This document shows positions 49,191-59,700 of a DNA stretch of 64,000 bases, one piece after another. A program made the position numbers and the translations under genes. Below the pieces are notes generated by a model, which saw nothing but the letters and a program-made list of their open reading frames with translations, was not told the DNA's origin and ran no database searches. This stretch comes from Candidatus Kuenenia sp. (GTDB taxonomy: Bacteria; Planctomycetota; Planctomycetia; Planctomycetales; Planctomycetaceae): NCBI GenBank assembly GCA_043754375.1, contig JAYUVA010000164.1, positions 1,945 to 65,944 of the forward strand, written 5' to 3'. The number at the start of each line of letters is the position of its first letter. Position 1 is the stretch's first letter.

Positions 49191-50335
49191 AGGGTGAAGA
49201 CAATCGCCGACAGTTCAAGCGTGAAGTGACAAATGGATTGGCGATAGCATCTGAGATCGCAGCGTTCTTGAACGCTGCCGGTGGCCAGATTTTCGTTGGA
49301 GTTGAACGAGATGGCGCTATTCGAGGTTTGTCGAACCAGCAAATCGAAGAATTGAACCAACTCATCAGCAACGCCATAACTCAAAGTATCCAGCCTCCAG
49401 TCGGAGTTGAGACAGAGAATGTCTCGACCTCTGATGGGACAGTTCTTGTGATCAGCATTGATGACGGTCCCGACAAACCTTATCAGACTTCCGATGGATA
49501 CTTCTGGGTCAAGCGAGGCTCCGATAAACGGCGTGTCAATTCGAGGACGGAACTGAAACGCATGTTTCAGACGGGACACGATGTCTACGCAGAAACGCGA
49601 CCAGTTCCCGGTGCAACGTTGGCAACGCTCGATGCAGATGCTTATGCACGCTTCTACACGGAAAAATATGGTCGAGCGGTTCCGGAGGACGATGCATTGC
49701 TCGAACGCGAGCTGACGGCCAGTCGACTCATGCATAACGGCCTATTGACGACAGCCGGTGTATTGCTTTTTTGCAGACAACCAGAACGACTCGTGCCGGC
49801 ATTCTGTGTGAAAGCCGTTTGGTATAAAGGAAACGATCGTGCAGGGACAGAGTTCCGTGTCAGCGATCGATTCGATGGAACATTGCGGGAACAGTACGAA
49901 AAGGGGATGGCTTTCCTCAGAAGGTGGAATTCACGAGTCCCCGACGGAGGCTCTTTCAATACGTCTCGGGCAGAGATTCCCGAGTACGTGTTTGAAGAGT
50001 TATTGACGAATGCTTTGGTGCATCGCGACTACTTTATTGATGATTCCGTAAAACTGTTCATTTTTGATGATCGAATCGAGATTCGCAGCCCTGGCCGATT
50101 GCCAAATAGCCTCACTGTGGAGGCCATTCGACATGGCATCCGCCGAGACAGAAATCCTGTTCTGGTCTCATTTGCCTACGACGTCCTGAACTACCGAGGC
50201 CTCGGCAGCGGTATGCTCCGAGTGTTGTCTGTCATTCCCGACCTTGGTATCGAAAACGACGTCGAGGCAGAGGAAGTCACTGTGACGATCTCGCTTGCAG
50301 TTGGACAGGCCCCTGCTCATGGAACGGTCGAATGA
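49157..50335 (+). CDS. AlbA_2 (Schlafen-type) domain protein with C-terminal HATPase-like/wHTH region (often annotated RecG-like or transcriptional regulator)
   Basis: EDNRRQFKREV...IAAFLNAAGGQIFVGVERDGAIRGL fits the AlbA_2 pattern. C-terminal ELLTNALVHRDYF...IEIRSPGRLPN is present. It overlaps the upstream gene by 34 nt and pglZ by ATGA. Confidence 0.78.
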   Translation: MDEISLRQEILKGEDNRRQFKREVTNGLAIASEIAAFLNAAGGQIFVGVERDGAIRGLSNQQIEELNQLISNAITQSIQPPVGVETENVSTSDGTVLVISIDDGPDKPYQTSDGYFWVKRGSDKRRVNSRTELKRMFQTGHDVYAETRPVPGATLATLDADAYARFYTEKYGRAVPEDDALLERELTASRLMHNGLLTTAGVLLFCRQPERLVPAFCVKAVWYKGNDRAGTEFRVSDRFDGTLREQYEKGMAFLRRWNSRVPDGGSFNTSRAEIPEYVFEELLTNALVHRDYFIDDSVKLFIFDDRIEIRSPGRLPNSLTVEAIRHGIRRDRNPVLVSFAYDVLNYRGLGSGMLRVLSVIPDLGIENDVEAEEVTVTISLAVGQAPAHGTVE

Positions 50336-53280
50336 GCGTATCCTCGGTCACTGGATCGCTGGGTCCCGTTTCGAAAGTGCTCGAAGCCGATCTTCAGGAT
50401 TGGCTTTCGAAGCATAGCCTCATCATCTGGCTTGATGCCGACGATCTCTACAGCGATTTCGTGGGCCAGCTCATTGAACTACGAAAGACAGAACAGCTCA
50501 AATACGACGTCTACACTTTCCGTGGAAGCCATCTGGAGCTGATGCTTGAGTTGGAAAACGTGACGGGCGGCATCGACACCACTCGAGCCGTGATTCATCT
50601 GCCGGGTTTCAACGAAGAGACCGTCAAGTCGACTCCCTTGTTCGAGCTTTATCGCGCCGGCAAGCGTTATCGTAAAGCGCTCGACACACTTGTCCGAGAA
50701 GCAGCGGGTGGGAAAGTCCGGCCGGATCAAATTGAAGAGTTCCTGCAGCGTGGCAATCTCAACCTGTCTGCCGCCGATCTTTGGCTGGGAGATCTGTTGT
50801 CGACAGGCTCGGAAGGGTTGGCGAGCCAGCTACGCCATGTGTCGCTGAACGAACTCGTCGATGATTTGCTCCTGAATCGCTCGCTGGCCAGGCGAATTTC
50901 CGCAGTCGATTTTCGGGTGCAACCCGATGGTCCTGAGCCTGCGATGGATGCGGGAGATCAGGTTGCCATCCGGGATCGGATCGTGTCTCTCACGGGGATG
51001 CCTGAATCCTGGTTCGACGAAAGTTTGCGGAGTTCATTTTCGAGTGGGCACGAACAAACATCCGTCGAAGCGGTGGCCTATGCGATCTGTAGTTGGGCGG
51101 CCTGCGTGAGCTATGTACACGATTTGCTGGTGCCGCCCAAATCGCCGTTCCTGCGGCCAGTCCCGAAATTGCCTGATCAAGTCAAGAACGCCTGTCATGA
51201 CCTCGTATTGCACTTGCAGAACGGTAACGACCGGCAGCGTTCGTTCTATCGTCAAACGGCACAGGAGACGGAGTCCCGGCTGACAGACGATGTTGGCAAG
51301 ATCGCAGCAGAGGATCTGGGACGATTCGACACGTTCCAGTTTGAAGAGGAAACGATCCTGAAGGCGTCGCTGTTGGCGTTACAAGAAGGACGCTGGAAGG
51401 CGGCTCAGGACTGGGCAGCACGGCGTTCAGATCCGAACTCATTCTGGTTACGGGATGATGCACTCAGACGAAATGTCTGGCAGCTTGTTACTGATGCGGC
51501 CCGATTGGGAATGGCAATCATTGCTGCAGGCCCCGTATTGAAATCGACAGATAGTCTGCACGCAGCCGTTGAAGAATATACCAGAGTTGGGGCAGAGGTT
51601 GACCAGGCCCATCGCCATCTCGAGCAAGACCGTCAAAAGCTGCTGCGTTCGCAGATGCCAGATTTTGAGTCGCTGCGATCATGTCTCGATCGGATGCAGA
51701 CCGTCTGGCGCGAATGGGCCAACAAGTGGTCTCGTGCGTTCAATGCGGTTTGCATGGCACATGGCTTTCTGCCTGACACGTCGTCACAGCAGCGGACGCT
51801 GTTCGACGAAGAAGTCAAACCACTGATATCGGAGTACGGGACAACGGCCTATTTCGTTGTGGATGCTCTGCGATATGAAATGGGATGCGAGTTGCTTGAT
51901 GCCGTGAAGGATTCAGTTCAAACCAATGTGAAACTGGCATGGCGGCTTTCGGAGCTGCCCAGCGTCACAGAAGTTGGTATGAATGTACTGGCTCCCGTTG
52001 CAAAGGGCTCGCGTCTGCAGCCGGAATTGTCGAATGGAAAGATACTGGGTTTCTCAACAGGCGAGTTTCGTGTGTCTGATCCGAAATCCCGTCAACGTGC
52101 GATGCATGACCGAATCGGTGGGGACACATGTCCCTGGCTCGACCTGAGCGAAGTGCTCAGGAGAGATACTAAGAGTCTGACGCGAACGATAGCCCGCTCC
52201 AAACTTATCATCGTGCATAGCCGCGAGATCGACAACGCCGGTGAAGAAGGATTCGGCCCCGCGGTTTTTGAAGGCGTCATGAAGGACCTGCGATCAGCGT
52301 GGCATCTGCTTCGAGAAGCTGGCGTACGAAACTTCGTGTTTACGGCCGATCACGGTTTCCTGTTGGTGGACGAGGATTCTCATACGGCTCAAACTCATGG
52401 CCGCAAAGTTGATCCCAAACGGCGGTATGTCATTTCCGACCATGCCGCCAACCACAATGGCGAAGTCCGGGTGCCTATGCGGGATCTCGGATATGACTGC
52501 GAAGATGCGCAGCTGATGTTTCCTGATTCTGTTGCGGTCTTCGATACAGGGAAAAAGCGAAAAGGATTTGCACATGGCGGGAACAGCTTTCAGGAACGAG
52601 TGATTCCCGTCCTGACAGTGTCGCACCGAGTGCAGGCAGGCGGAAGCGCGACCGCCTACGATGTATCGGCAACCAGGAAAGAAGCGGTCGCTGGGATGCA
52701 ATGCATTGCCGCCAAAGTGTCATTTACACAACGGAGCCTGGATTTCGGCAGCAGTTTTGAGATTGATTTGGCGCTGCGAGTGCCCGATGTGGCAGGCGTG
52801 CTTGCTGAATTATGCGAAATTCGCGGCGGAGCACGGCTGTCGTCCGGCACCGTCATCGCGACTGTCGGAGAGGAATTTGAACTCTTCTTTCGTCTCTCCG
52901 GAAACACGGGTTCGCGAGTTCAAGTTGAACTCTATCACCCCAGCAAGGAGGCAAACGTCGAGTCGTGTATTCTTAAAGAGCGATTTGACGTTTCCTGGTC
53001 GACAATAACTCCAGTAATACCGGGCAACAGCAGCACGGTTGCAATTACTGAAACCTGGCTGAACGATTTGCCGGAGGGACCGGTAAGACGTGTCTTCCAG
53101 CATTTGTCGCAGCACGGCGCGATCACCGAAACGGAAGTCACGAATATGCTGGGTGGCGCCCGGGAGCAGCGAAAGTTCGCCCGCAACTTTGAGAAGTACG
53201 CAGCAAGTGCACCATTCATCGCCCGAATTGATGTTGGAGCAGGAGAGAAACGATATGTTCGGGAGGGCAAAATATCATGA
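50332..53280 (+). CDS. pglZ: PglZ alkaline-phosphatase-fold protein (982 aa)
   Basis: AYFVVDALRYEMG and FTADHGF are PglZ/alkaline-phosphatase-type motifs. ATGA overlaps occur on both sides. Confidence 0.88.
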   Translation: MSVSSVTGSLGPVSKVLEADLQDWLSKHSLIIWLDADDLYSDFVGQLIELRKTEQLKYDVYTFRGSHLELMLELENVTGGIDTTRAVIHLPGFNEETVKSTPLFELYRAGKRYRKALDTLVREAAGGKVRPDQIEEFLQRGNLNLSAADLWLGDLLSTGSEGLASQLRHVSLNELVDDLLLNRSLARRISAVDFRVQPDGPEPAMDAGDQVAIRDRIVSLTGMPESWFDESLRSSFSSGHEQTSVEAVAYAICSWAACVSYVHDLLVPPKSPFLRPVPKLPDQVKNACHDLVLHLQNGNDRQRSFYRQTAQETESRLTDDVGKIAAEDLGRFDTFQFEEETILKASLLALQEGRWKAAQDWAARRSDPNSFWLRDDALRRNVWQLVTDAARLGMAIIAAGPVLKSTDSLHAAVEEYTRVGAEVDQAHRHLEQDRQKLLRSQMPDFESLRSCLDRMQTVWREWANKWSRAFNAVCMAHGFLPDTSSQQRTLFDEEVKPLISEYGTTAYFVVDALRYEMGCELLDAVKDSVQTNVKLAWRLSELPSVTEVGMNVLAPVAKGSRLQPELSNGKILGFSTGEFRVSDPKSRQRAMHDRIGGDTCPWLDLSEVLRRDTKSLTRTIARSKLIIVHSREIDNAGEEGFGPAVFEGVMKDLRSAWHLLREAGVRNFVFTADHGFLLVDEDSHTAQTHGRKVDPKRRYVISDHAANHNGEVRVPMRDLGYDCEDAQLMFPDSVAVFDTGKKRKGFAHGGNSFQERVIPVLTVSHRVQAGGSATAYDVSATRKEAVAGMQCIAAKVSFTQRSLDFGSSFEIDLALRVPDVAGVLAELCEIRGGARLSSGTVIATVGEEFELFFRLSGNTGSRVQVELYHPSKEANVESCILKERFDVSWSTITPVIPGNSSTVAITETWLNDLPEGPVRRVFQHLSQHGAITETEVTNMLGGAREQRKFARNFEKYAASAPFIARIDVGAGEKRYVREGKIS

Positions 53281-54599
53281 CCACAATCACCGCACGCGAT
53301 GTTGAACATGTTTTTGAATCATTGCGCAAGGGACTCGTCCCGGAACGTGCGATCGACACCTTTGCAGTCGGCATCGAGAAGCAGCGCGGAGAACTTCACC
53401 GACAGCTCGATCTCGTTGCAAACAGTGAAGGATCAATCAAGTTTCTCCGCGGTGGCTATGGCTGCGGAAAGACGTTTATGGCTCGACTGGCACTTCTCGA
53501 TGCGCAGGCACGTGGCTTCGCCACCAGTTTTGTGGTTGTGTCAGACAATGATCTGCATTTCCACCGATTCGATGATGTCTACCGAAAGGTCATGACGGAG
53601 CTTGGCACAGCATCCTGTCCGCGGGGTGCTCTTGGCGATATCCTCGATCGATGGATTGGGTCTGTCGAAGAAGCGTTGGTCAACGCTGGTGTTGATGATA
53701 GCGCTGATGACTTCGACGAGAAGGTTCGGAAGCGACTGAACGAAGATTTGGTGTCGTTGACAGGAGGCAAAGCTCCGGAAGACTTTATCCGCGTCATTCA
53801 GACGATTTTTGATCTGAAGCAGGATGGGAATGTGGCTGAAGCGGGAGCATTGATTTCCTGGCTGTGTGGCAGCGGCAATGTGGCGGCATCGGCGAAAAAG
53901 GCAGCTAAGATCAAAGGAGACATCGGTAGCCGGGATGCGTTGCACTACCTGCGAGGTGTGCTGGAGATTGTGAAGGCCGCTGGCTACAAGGGCCTTGTCA
54001 TCGTCATTGATGAAGCGGAGACCATTCTTCGTATGCGAAAGGATTCACGCCATAAGTCGCTGAACGGCATCCGGCAAATCGCCGACGCCGCGAGTTCTTA
54101 TCCTGGACTCTTGTGGCTGATTACCGGCACTGCAGAATTCTTCGACACACGTCAGGGCGTCGCGGGTCTTGCGCCGCTTCATGACCGAATCCGTTTCATT
54201 TCAAGTGGCGACTTCGCGAGCATGCGGCAGGCACAGTTGGAGCTAAAGCCATTTGGGGCAGAACGCCTGAAGGCCGTTGCTCTTCGGCTCAGAGAGCTAC
54301 ATCCGGCGCGGGACCGGTCACGACTTGAATCCGCGATTAGTCATGAGTTCATTCAGCGACTTGTGGACGAAGTCACGACCGGGTTCAAAGGTGATGTTGG
54401 TGTTGTCCCACGACAATTCCTCCGCGAGTTTGTCACCCAGATGGATTTGGTGGATGAAAACGAGGACTATCGACCGTCTGAGCAATATGGCTTCAAGCCT
54501 ACTGACTTGAGCCCCGAGGAACAGACCGCGTTATCGGGACCTCGGTCACGTTCTGATTCGGAGGTTGAGGAACTCGTCCCAATGGAGGATGCGTGGTGA
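53277..54599 (+). CDS. brxD: BrxD ATP-binding protein (440 aa)
   Basis: Walker A GGYGCGKTF (53451-53471) and Walker B VIVIDEAE. Its position between pglZ and the Lhr-like helicase fits. Confidence 0.8.
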   Translation: MTTITARDVEHVFESLRKGLVPERAIDTFAVGIEKQRGELHRQLDLVANSEGSIKFLRGGYGCGKTFMARLALLDAQARGFATSFVVVSDNDLHFHRFDDVYRKVMTELGTASCPRGALGDILDRWIGSVEEALVNAGVDDSADDFDEKVRKRLNEDLVSLTGGKAPEDFIRVIQTIFDLKQDGNVAEAGALISWLCGSGNVAASAKKAAKIKGDIGSRDALHYLRGVLEIVKAAGYKGLVIVIDEAETILRMRKDSRHKSLNGIRQIADAASSYPGLLWLITGTAEFFDTRQGVAGLAPLHDRIRFISSGDFASMRQAQLELKPFGAERLKAVALRLRELHPARDRSRLESAISHEFIQRLVDEVTTGFKGDVGVVPRQFLREFVTQMDLVDENEDYRPSEQYGFKPTDLSPEEQTALSGPRSRSDSEVEELVPMEDAW

Positions 54600-56707
54600 G
54601 CGTCTTTGCCAAACTGGCCCCACGGCTTCAGCAGGCCATCGTTGCCCGCCTTGGCTGGTCCAGTTTGCGACCGGTTCAGGAACAGGCCGGTGAGGCTTTA
54701 TTAAGCGGAAAGAACGCTGTCATTCTCGCTCCAACCGCAGGTGGCAAGACAGAAGCGTCGATGTTTCCGACGCTCTCAAATCTTGTTGAACATCAGCCGG
54801 TGGGTGTTGGTGCGATTTACGTCGCGCCGATCAAGGCCTTGCTGAATAATCAGGAGGATCGCCTCGGCCTCTACACGGAGATGGTAGGACTGCGTCGATT
54901 CGTGTGGCACGGCGACACGACCACCAACGCTCGCAAGCAGTTTCTGGCTGAGCCCGCCGAACTGTTGATGACGACGCCCGAATCACTGGAAGTCATGCTG
55001 GTTTCCACACGTGTCGATGAGCGAGCGTTGTTCAGTGATTTGCGAATGATCGTGATAGACGAAGTGCATGCCATCGCCGGCACGGACCGCGGTGCTCACC
55101 TGATGAGTGTTATCGAGCGAATCCGACGGCTGTCTCGTCACGATCTCCAGCGAGCTGGGTTAAGTGCGACTGTCGGCAATCCAGAAGCAATTCTCGAATG
55201 GCTCCGTGGAACGTCGGAACGGGAAGGAGTCGTGGTCGATCCTCCGAAGAAACCGGCTCGACGGCAACTGCTGATTATGCACGAGCCTGATCAGACACAA
55301 ATTGCAATTGCAGCCGCGCAAGTAGCTCGCGGTTACAAAAGCCTGTTTTTTTGTCAGTCGCGGGCCACAACCGAGGCTGTCGCGGAAACGATGCGACGAG
55401 CCGGAACTAAGGTCTTTGTGCATCATAGTGCTGTATCGAAAGAGGAACGCCTGCTCGCGGAGCAGGAATTCCATCACGGATCTGACGCATGCATCGTCTG
55501 CACTTCGACACTTGAACTGGGGATTGACGTCGGTGATCTCGACAAAGTTCTGCAGGCAAATGCCCCCGAAACAGTTGGGTCGTTCCTGCAGCGGATGGGG
55601 CGAACGGGCCGTCGTGAAGGCCAGACGGCAAACACGACATTTTTCTGTGAGAGTGTCGACACAGTCCTTCAGTCAATCGCATTGATTGAATTGGCGAAAG
55701 CAGGATGGGTGGAAGATGTTGGGGTTAAACAGCGTTGTTGGCCAGTGCTGATTCACCAATTGCTGGCGATGTCTCTGGCCAGCAATGGCATCCCAACCGA
55801 GGACGCCTGGTCGCACCTCTCAGCTGTTCCGGATTTTCGGGGGATCGCGCGCGATGAGTTTGATCGGTTGATTGACTGGATGATCGCTGACAATTCATTG
55901 ATTCTGGCAGGCGGTCGCCTGATCCTGGGGCCCCAGGCAGAACGACGATATGGTCGGCGAAACTTCATGGAGTTGTATGCCGTTTTTTCCAGTCCCCAGT
56001 CGTACTCGGTTGAGACGGCTAACAAGCAAGTCATCGGAACCCTGAATCAGGATTTCGTGGATGGACTCGTTGATGGAGTCAGTTGTTTTCTGCTCGGTGG
56101 TCGTGCATGGGCCGTATTTCACGTCGTTCACAAAGATAGATCAGTCATCGTGGAACCAGCCCCTCGAGGACGGCAGCCAACGTGGGGCGGGTTCCTTCCC
56201 CAGTTTCTCGGCTTCCACCTGTGCCAGAAGATCCTCGATATCCTCACCGTTAACGAACAATATCCCTATCTGAGTCAACCGGCTGCCAGCCTGGTTGACC
56301 AGGAACGTCAAACCTTAGCACCGCTCGTTTCACCAAAAGTCGGCGGTATTGCCAGCAATGGAAACGATGTCACATGGCGCACATTCGCTGGCGGGATGAT
56401 TAACTCAACCCTCCGTTATGCACTGAGTTCACTGGAACCCGGCTGGACGATCACCCCCGACAACTTCTCAATTCGAGTCCGCGACGAGGGCCTGACAGTA
56501 CCACATTTCAATTCGGTCGTAAGGCAGCTGAGATCCCCCGACTTTTGGCAGGACGAATCAGTGTGGCAACAAGTCAGAACATCGCTTCCTGGCTACCGCC
56601 TGAGCAAGTTTCAACCACTCATGCCGCAATGGGTCGAGCAGGAAGTGCTGTTTGATTATCTGCTCGACAGACCAGGCACCGCGGCATGGGTGAAGGATAT
56701 GCCATGA
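54593..56707 (+). CDS. brxHI: BrxHI Lhr-like DEAD/DEAH helicase (704 aa)
   Basis: Motif I APTAGGKTEA (54728-54751), motif II VIDEVHA, motif III SATVGN, motif VI QRMGRTGRR. The GTG start overlaps the brxD stop. Confidence 0.88.
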   Translation: MVSVFAKLAPRLQQAIVARLGWSSLRPVQEQAGEALLSGKNAVILAPTAGGKTEASMFPTLSNLVEHQPVGVGAIYVAPIKALLNNQEDRLGLYTEMVGLRRFVWHGDTTTNARKQFLAEPAELLMTTPESLEVMLVSTRVDERALFSDLRMIVIDEVHAIAGTDRGAHLMSVIERIRRLSRHDLQRAGLSATVGNPEAILEWLRGTSEREGVVVDPPKKPARRQLLIMHEPDQTQIAIAAAQVARGYKSLFFCQSRATTEAVAETMRRAGTKVFVHHSAVSKEERLLAEQEFHHGSDACIVCTSTLELGIDVGDLDKVLQANAPETVGSFLQRMGRTGRREGQTANTTFFCESVDTVLQSIALIELAKAGWVEDVGVKQRCWPVLIHQLLAMSLASNGIPTEDAWSHLSAVPDFRGIARDEFDRLIDWMIADNSLILAGGRLILGPQAERRYGRRNFMELYAVFSSPQSYSVETANKQVIGTLNQDFVDGLVDGVSCFLLGGRAWAVFHVVHKDRSVIVEPAPRGRQPTWGGFLPQFLGFHLCQKILDILTVNEQYPYLSQPAASLVDQERQTLAPLVSPKVGGIASNGNDVTWRTFAGGMINSTLRYALSSLEPGWTITPDNFSIRVRDEGLTVPHFNSVVRQLRSPDFWQDESVWQQVRTSLPGYRLSKFQPLMPQWVEQEVLFDYLLDRPGTAAWVKDMP

Positions 56708-56771
56708 AGGACTTCTCCTGGAAGTACGAAGAGCGAGCAGATCGAGATTCATTGACCAGTAGGCATTCGTG

Positions 56772-59700
56772 ATGGCATTCGAAAGAGGCGGTTACGCCGA
56801 CAAACTTGGCAATCGTTTTGAACTCAGATGGGTTGTGAAGCAGTACCTTCACGTTCTCTCCGGTGAGCTGGTTTCTGTCTATCATGAGCCAGTTGGCACA
56901 GATGAAGAAGGCGTAGACGTCTGGATTGAAACCGATGATGGCATTCGCGAAGCTCAACAATGCAAAGGAGAACTGGCCGCGAAGGCTGCATGGTCAATGG
57001 CGGACATGAATGGAAAGGGAATCCTCTCGCGTCTCAAGAATCAGCTGGAGCGAGTTGCCGCACACCGTTTCTCACTGATCTCCGCAACGCCAGCTCCCAT
57101 GCTTCGTGATCTGTCTCGATGTGCACGGGATTCGACTGGTGATCCTGTGTCGTTTTATCGAGACCAAATTGAGAAGCGATCTCAAGATCATCGTGAGGCA
57201 TTCGCGGACTTCTGCAAGTACTTGCAGCTGGATCCGAGCAACCCCGCTGAGTTGGCAGCAGCCTTCGATCTGTTGAGTCGTTCAGATTTCCATCAATTCT
57301 CGGATGATCACGAAACACGCCGCGACATGAGGACTTTCGCGAACCTCCTCGTGGATGGTGAGGCTGAAAACGTACTGGCGACATTGGCCGAATTTGCCAA
57401 CGAGAATTTTCGCAAGACTATCCACGCGGACGAATTGTTCAACCACCTACAGTCCAGAGGCTTTCGTACAAAAGATTTGACTCGAGACGATCGACTTTTC
57501 CCGAGTATCGATGAGTTGCACCGCCAATTTGATGCGTCAATGCGTCGATATCTTGCAGGCAGTCGTCTGATTCCGCGTGAAGAGACAAAAATGCTTCTCA
57601 GGTGGCTGGATAATCCTGAGAGCGACCGCCTTTGTCTGTTACATGGTCGTGCCGGTGCCGGAAAAAGTGGAACACTGTTGGAACTGGTTGAAGAGCTTGT
57701 ACGTCGTGGCATTCCGTATCTTCCGCTAAGACTCGACCGCCAAACGCCACAAGGAAATCTGCGTCTCTACGGAGATTCTCTTGGACTGCCGGAGTCGCCC
57801 GTTGCCTGTCTGCGAGCATTGGCTGGCGGTCGACCAGCAGTGCTGATTCTCGACCAGCTTGATGCCTTACGTTGGACGAGTAGCCATGATGCATCCGCAT
57901 TGTCAATTTGCGAGGAGCTGGTGCGACAGGCGATGGCAACTCGCAATGTTCGAGTCCTGGTCACTTCTCGCTCGTTTGATATTGAACACGACCCACAGTT
58001 GAAGGCGTGGCGCAAGAGTCAACGCATGACGAGTGTGGTTGTGAGCCAGTTGTCCGAGCCAGTTGTCCAGGAATTTGTCATAGCTTGCGGCCAGGACTTT
58101 GCTCGAATGACTGCACGAGAGCGAGGCCTTTTGCGCTCGATCCAAAACCTGACCATGTGGTCAGAAATTATCATCAAATCCGATCTGCCACGATTCGGAA
58201 CGGCGATTGAATTGACGAAACAGTTCTGGCAGAGTCGGCGAAAAGAATTGGAAGAGCGTGGTGTGCCAGGGCCAGACGTGCAGGGTGTGCTCGACACGCT
58301 CTCGGGATTCATGGATCGCCACGGACAATTATTTGCGCCGGAACGGCTCATAGAGAAGTGGCCCCGGGCCTCCTCTGCGTTCCAGTCTCTAAACGTGATC
58401 TTGATTGAGGCAGGACGGGTTTCATTCTGCCATCAGGCATATTTTGACTATTTGGTGGCGGTCACGTTGCTGTCGACGATCGACTCCGGTTCCGGGAGTG
58501 TATTGACCTGGCTTGGTGAACGGACGAGGCAATCATTATTTCGCCGTGAGCAACTGCGCCTTGTGCTGGCATTCATGCGTGACGAAACCCCGAGTCGTTT
58601 CTTGAAAACGCTTAATGATCTGGTTGCTGACGATCGCGTTCGATTTCATTTGAAGCATTTGGCCTTGCAGGTGCTGGGGCAGATCAACGAACCTTGCTCC
58701 GCCGAGATTGACTTTGCAATTTCTTTGCTCAGCGATGTCAAGTGGCGGCCTCACATTCTGTGGCAACTCGTCCACGCCGATCGCACTTGGTTCATTTCCC
58801 TGAACGAGCGTGGGCTATGGAGGGAGTGGCTTTCATCGCCGAACGACGATCTTGTCAACGCTGCACTGTGGGCCATTCATTTCGCGAATTCGACATGTGG
58901 TGACCAGGTTGCCGGTTTACTTAAGCCTTACGTTAATGTGACTGATGAATGGTCGCGTCGCTGTCTCGAGTATTTGCCGCATGACCCGGCAGTGGAATCT
59001 GATGAATTGTTCAACATTCGCCTTGAACTGGCGAGGCACGGACATTGTCATGAGTGGTTTAATTGGGCCGCCTGTGCATCACGTCGGCCCCGGGGATTTC
59101 TCGAACTCTTGGTGGTCCACATAGAAATAGCACGGAAGAGACTTTGGTCTGATTCTCTCGACGAAAAGAGATCGACGAAGTTCCTGGAATCGATGCGCCG
59201 CAGCAGAGAAGAAAAATGCGATGACATCCTGGCAGTTGGAGTTAACGATTCGGAAGCTGTATGGGAAGTTCTGTTTCCTGTTATAGAACAATTTGCCTTG
59301 ACCATACGACAGCTGAAACTCAAAAGTCGTAAGGAACGTTTGAGGAATTCCGGGACATCGAATTACCGTAGATTTCCATCGTTCCCATCCGTACTCATCA
59401 CGCTGTTGGTGACGGCCGGCCGTGCGCTCTTCAAAAAAGGTCCGGATGATTTCTTCCGTCGATTGGAAAGGATGGAGCATAAAGGGTCGCGAATCATTGA
59501 CCGTATTATTCTACTCTCGTTTCTGCATGGCCCGGCGACACACGCCGACCCTGTGCTTTTCTGGTTGATGAAGAGTAAATCACGCTTTCGGCTGGGAACT
59601 CGACGATCACGTTCCCAATGGGAGCCCGCGAGACGCTTAATTCTTCAATTTGCTGGATCTTGTTCCGATGATGTGTGCAAGCAACTTGAAGACTTAATCC

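Noticed and set aside
49055-49735. 226-aa minus-strand ORF
   Set aside because: It is antisense to the 3' end of the ATPase gene and the 5' part of the AlbA_2 gene, both of which carry clear in-frame motifs.
36390-56707. BREX type 1 or type 2 (Pgl) assignment
   Set aside because: No Lon-like BrxL (type 1) and no PglW kinase (type 2) is present. BrxD plus the Lhr-like BrxHI together with BrxA/B/C point to type 6.
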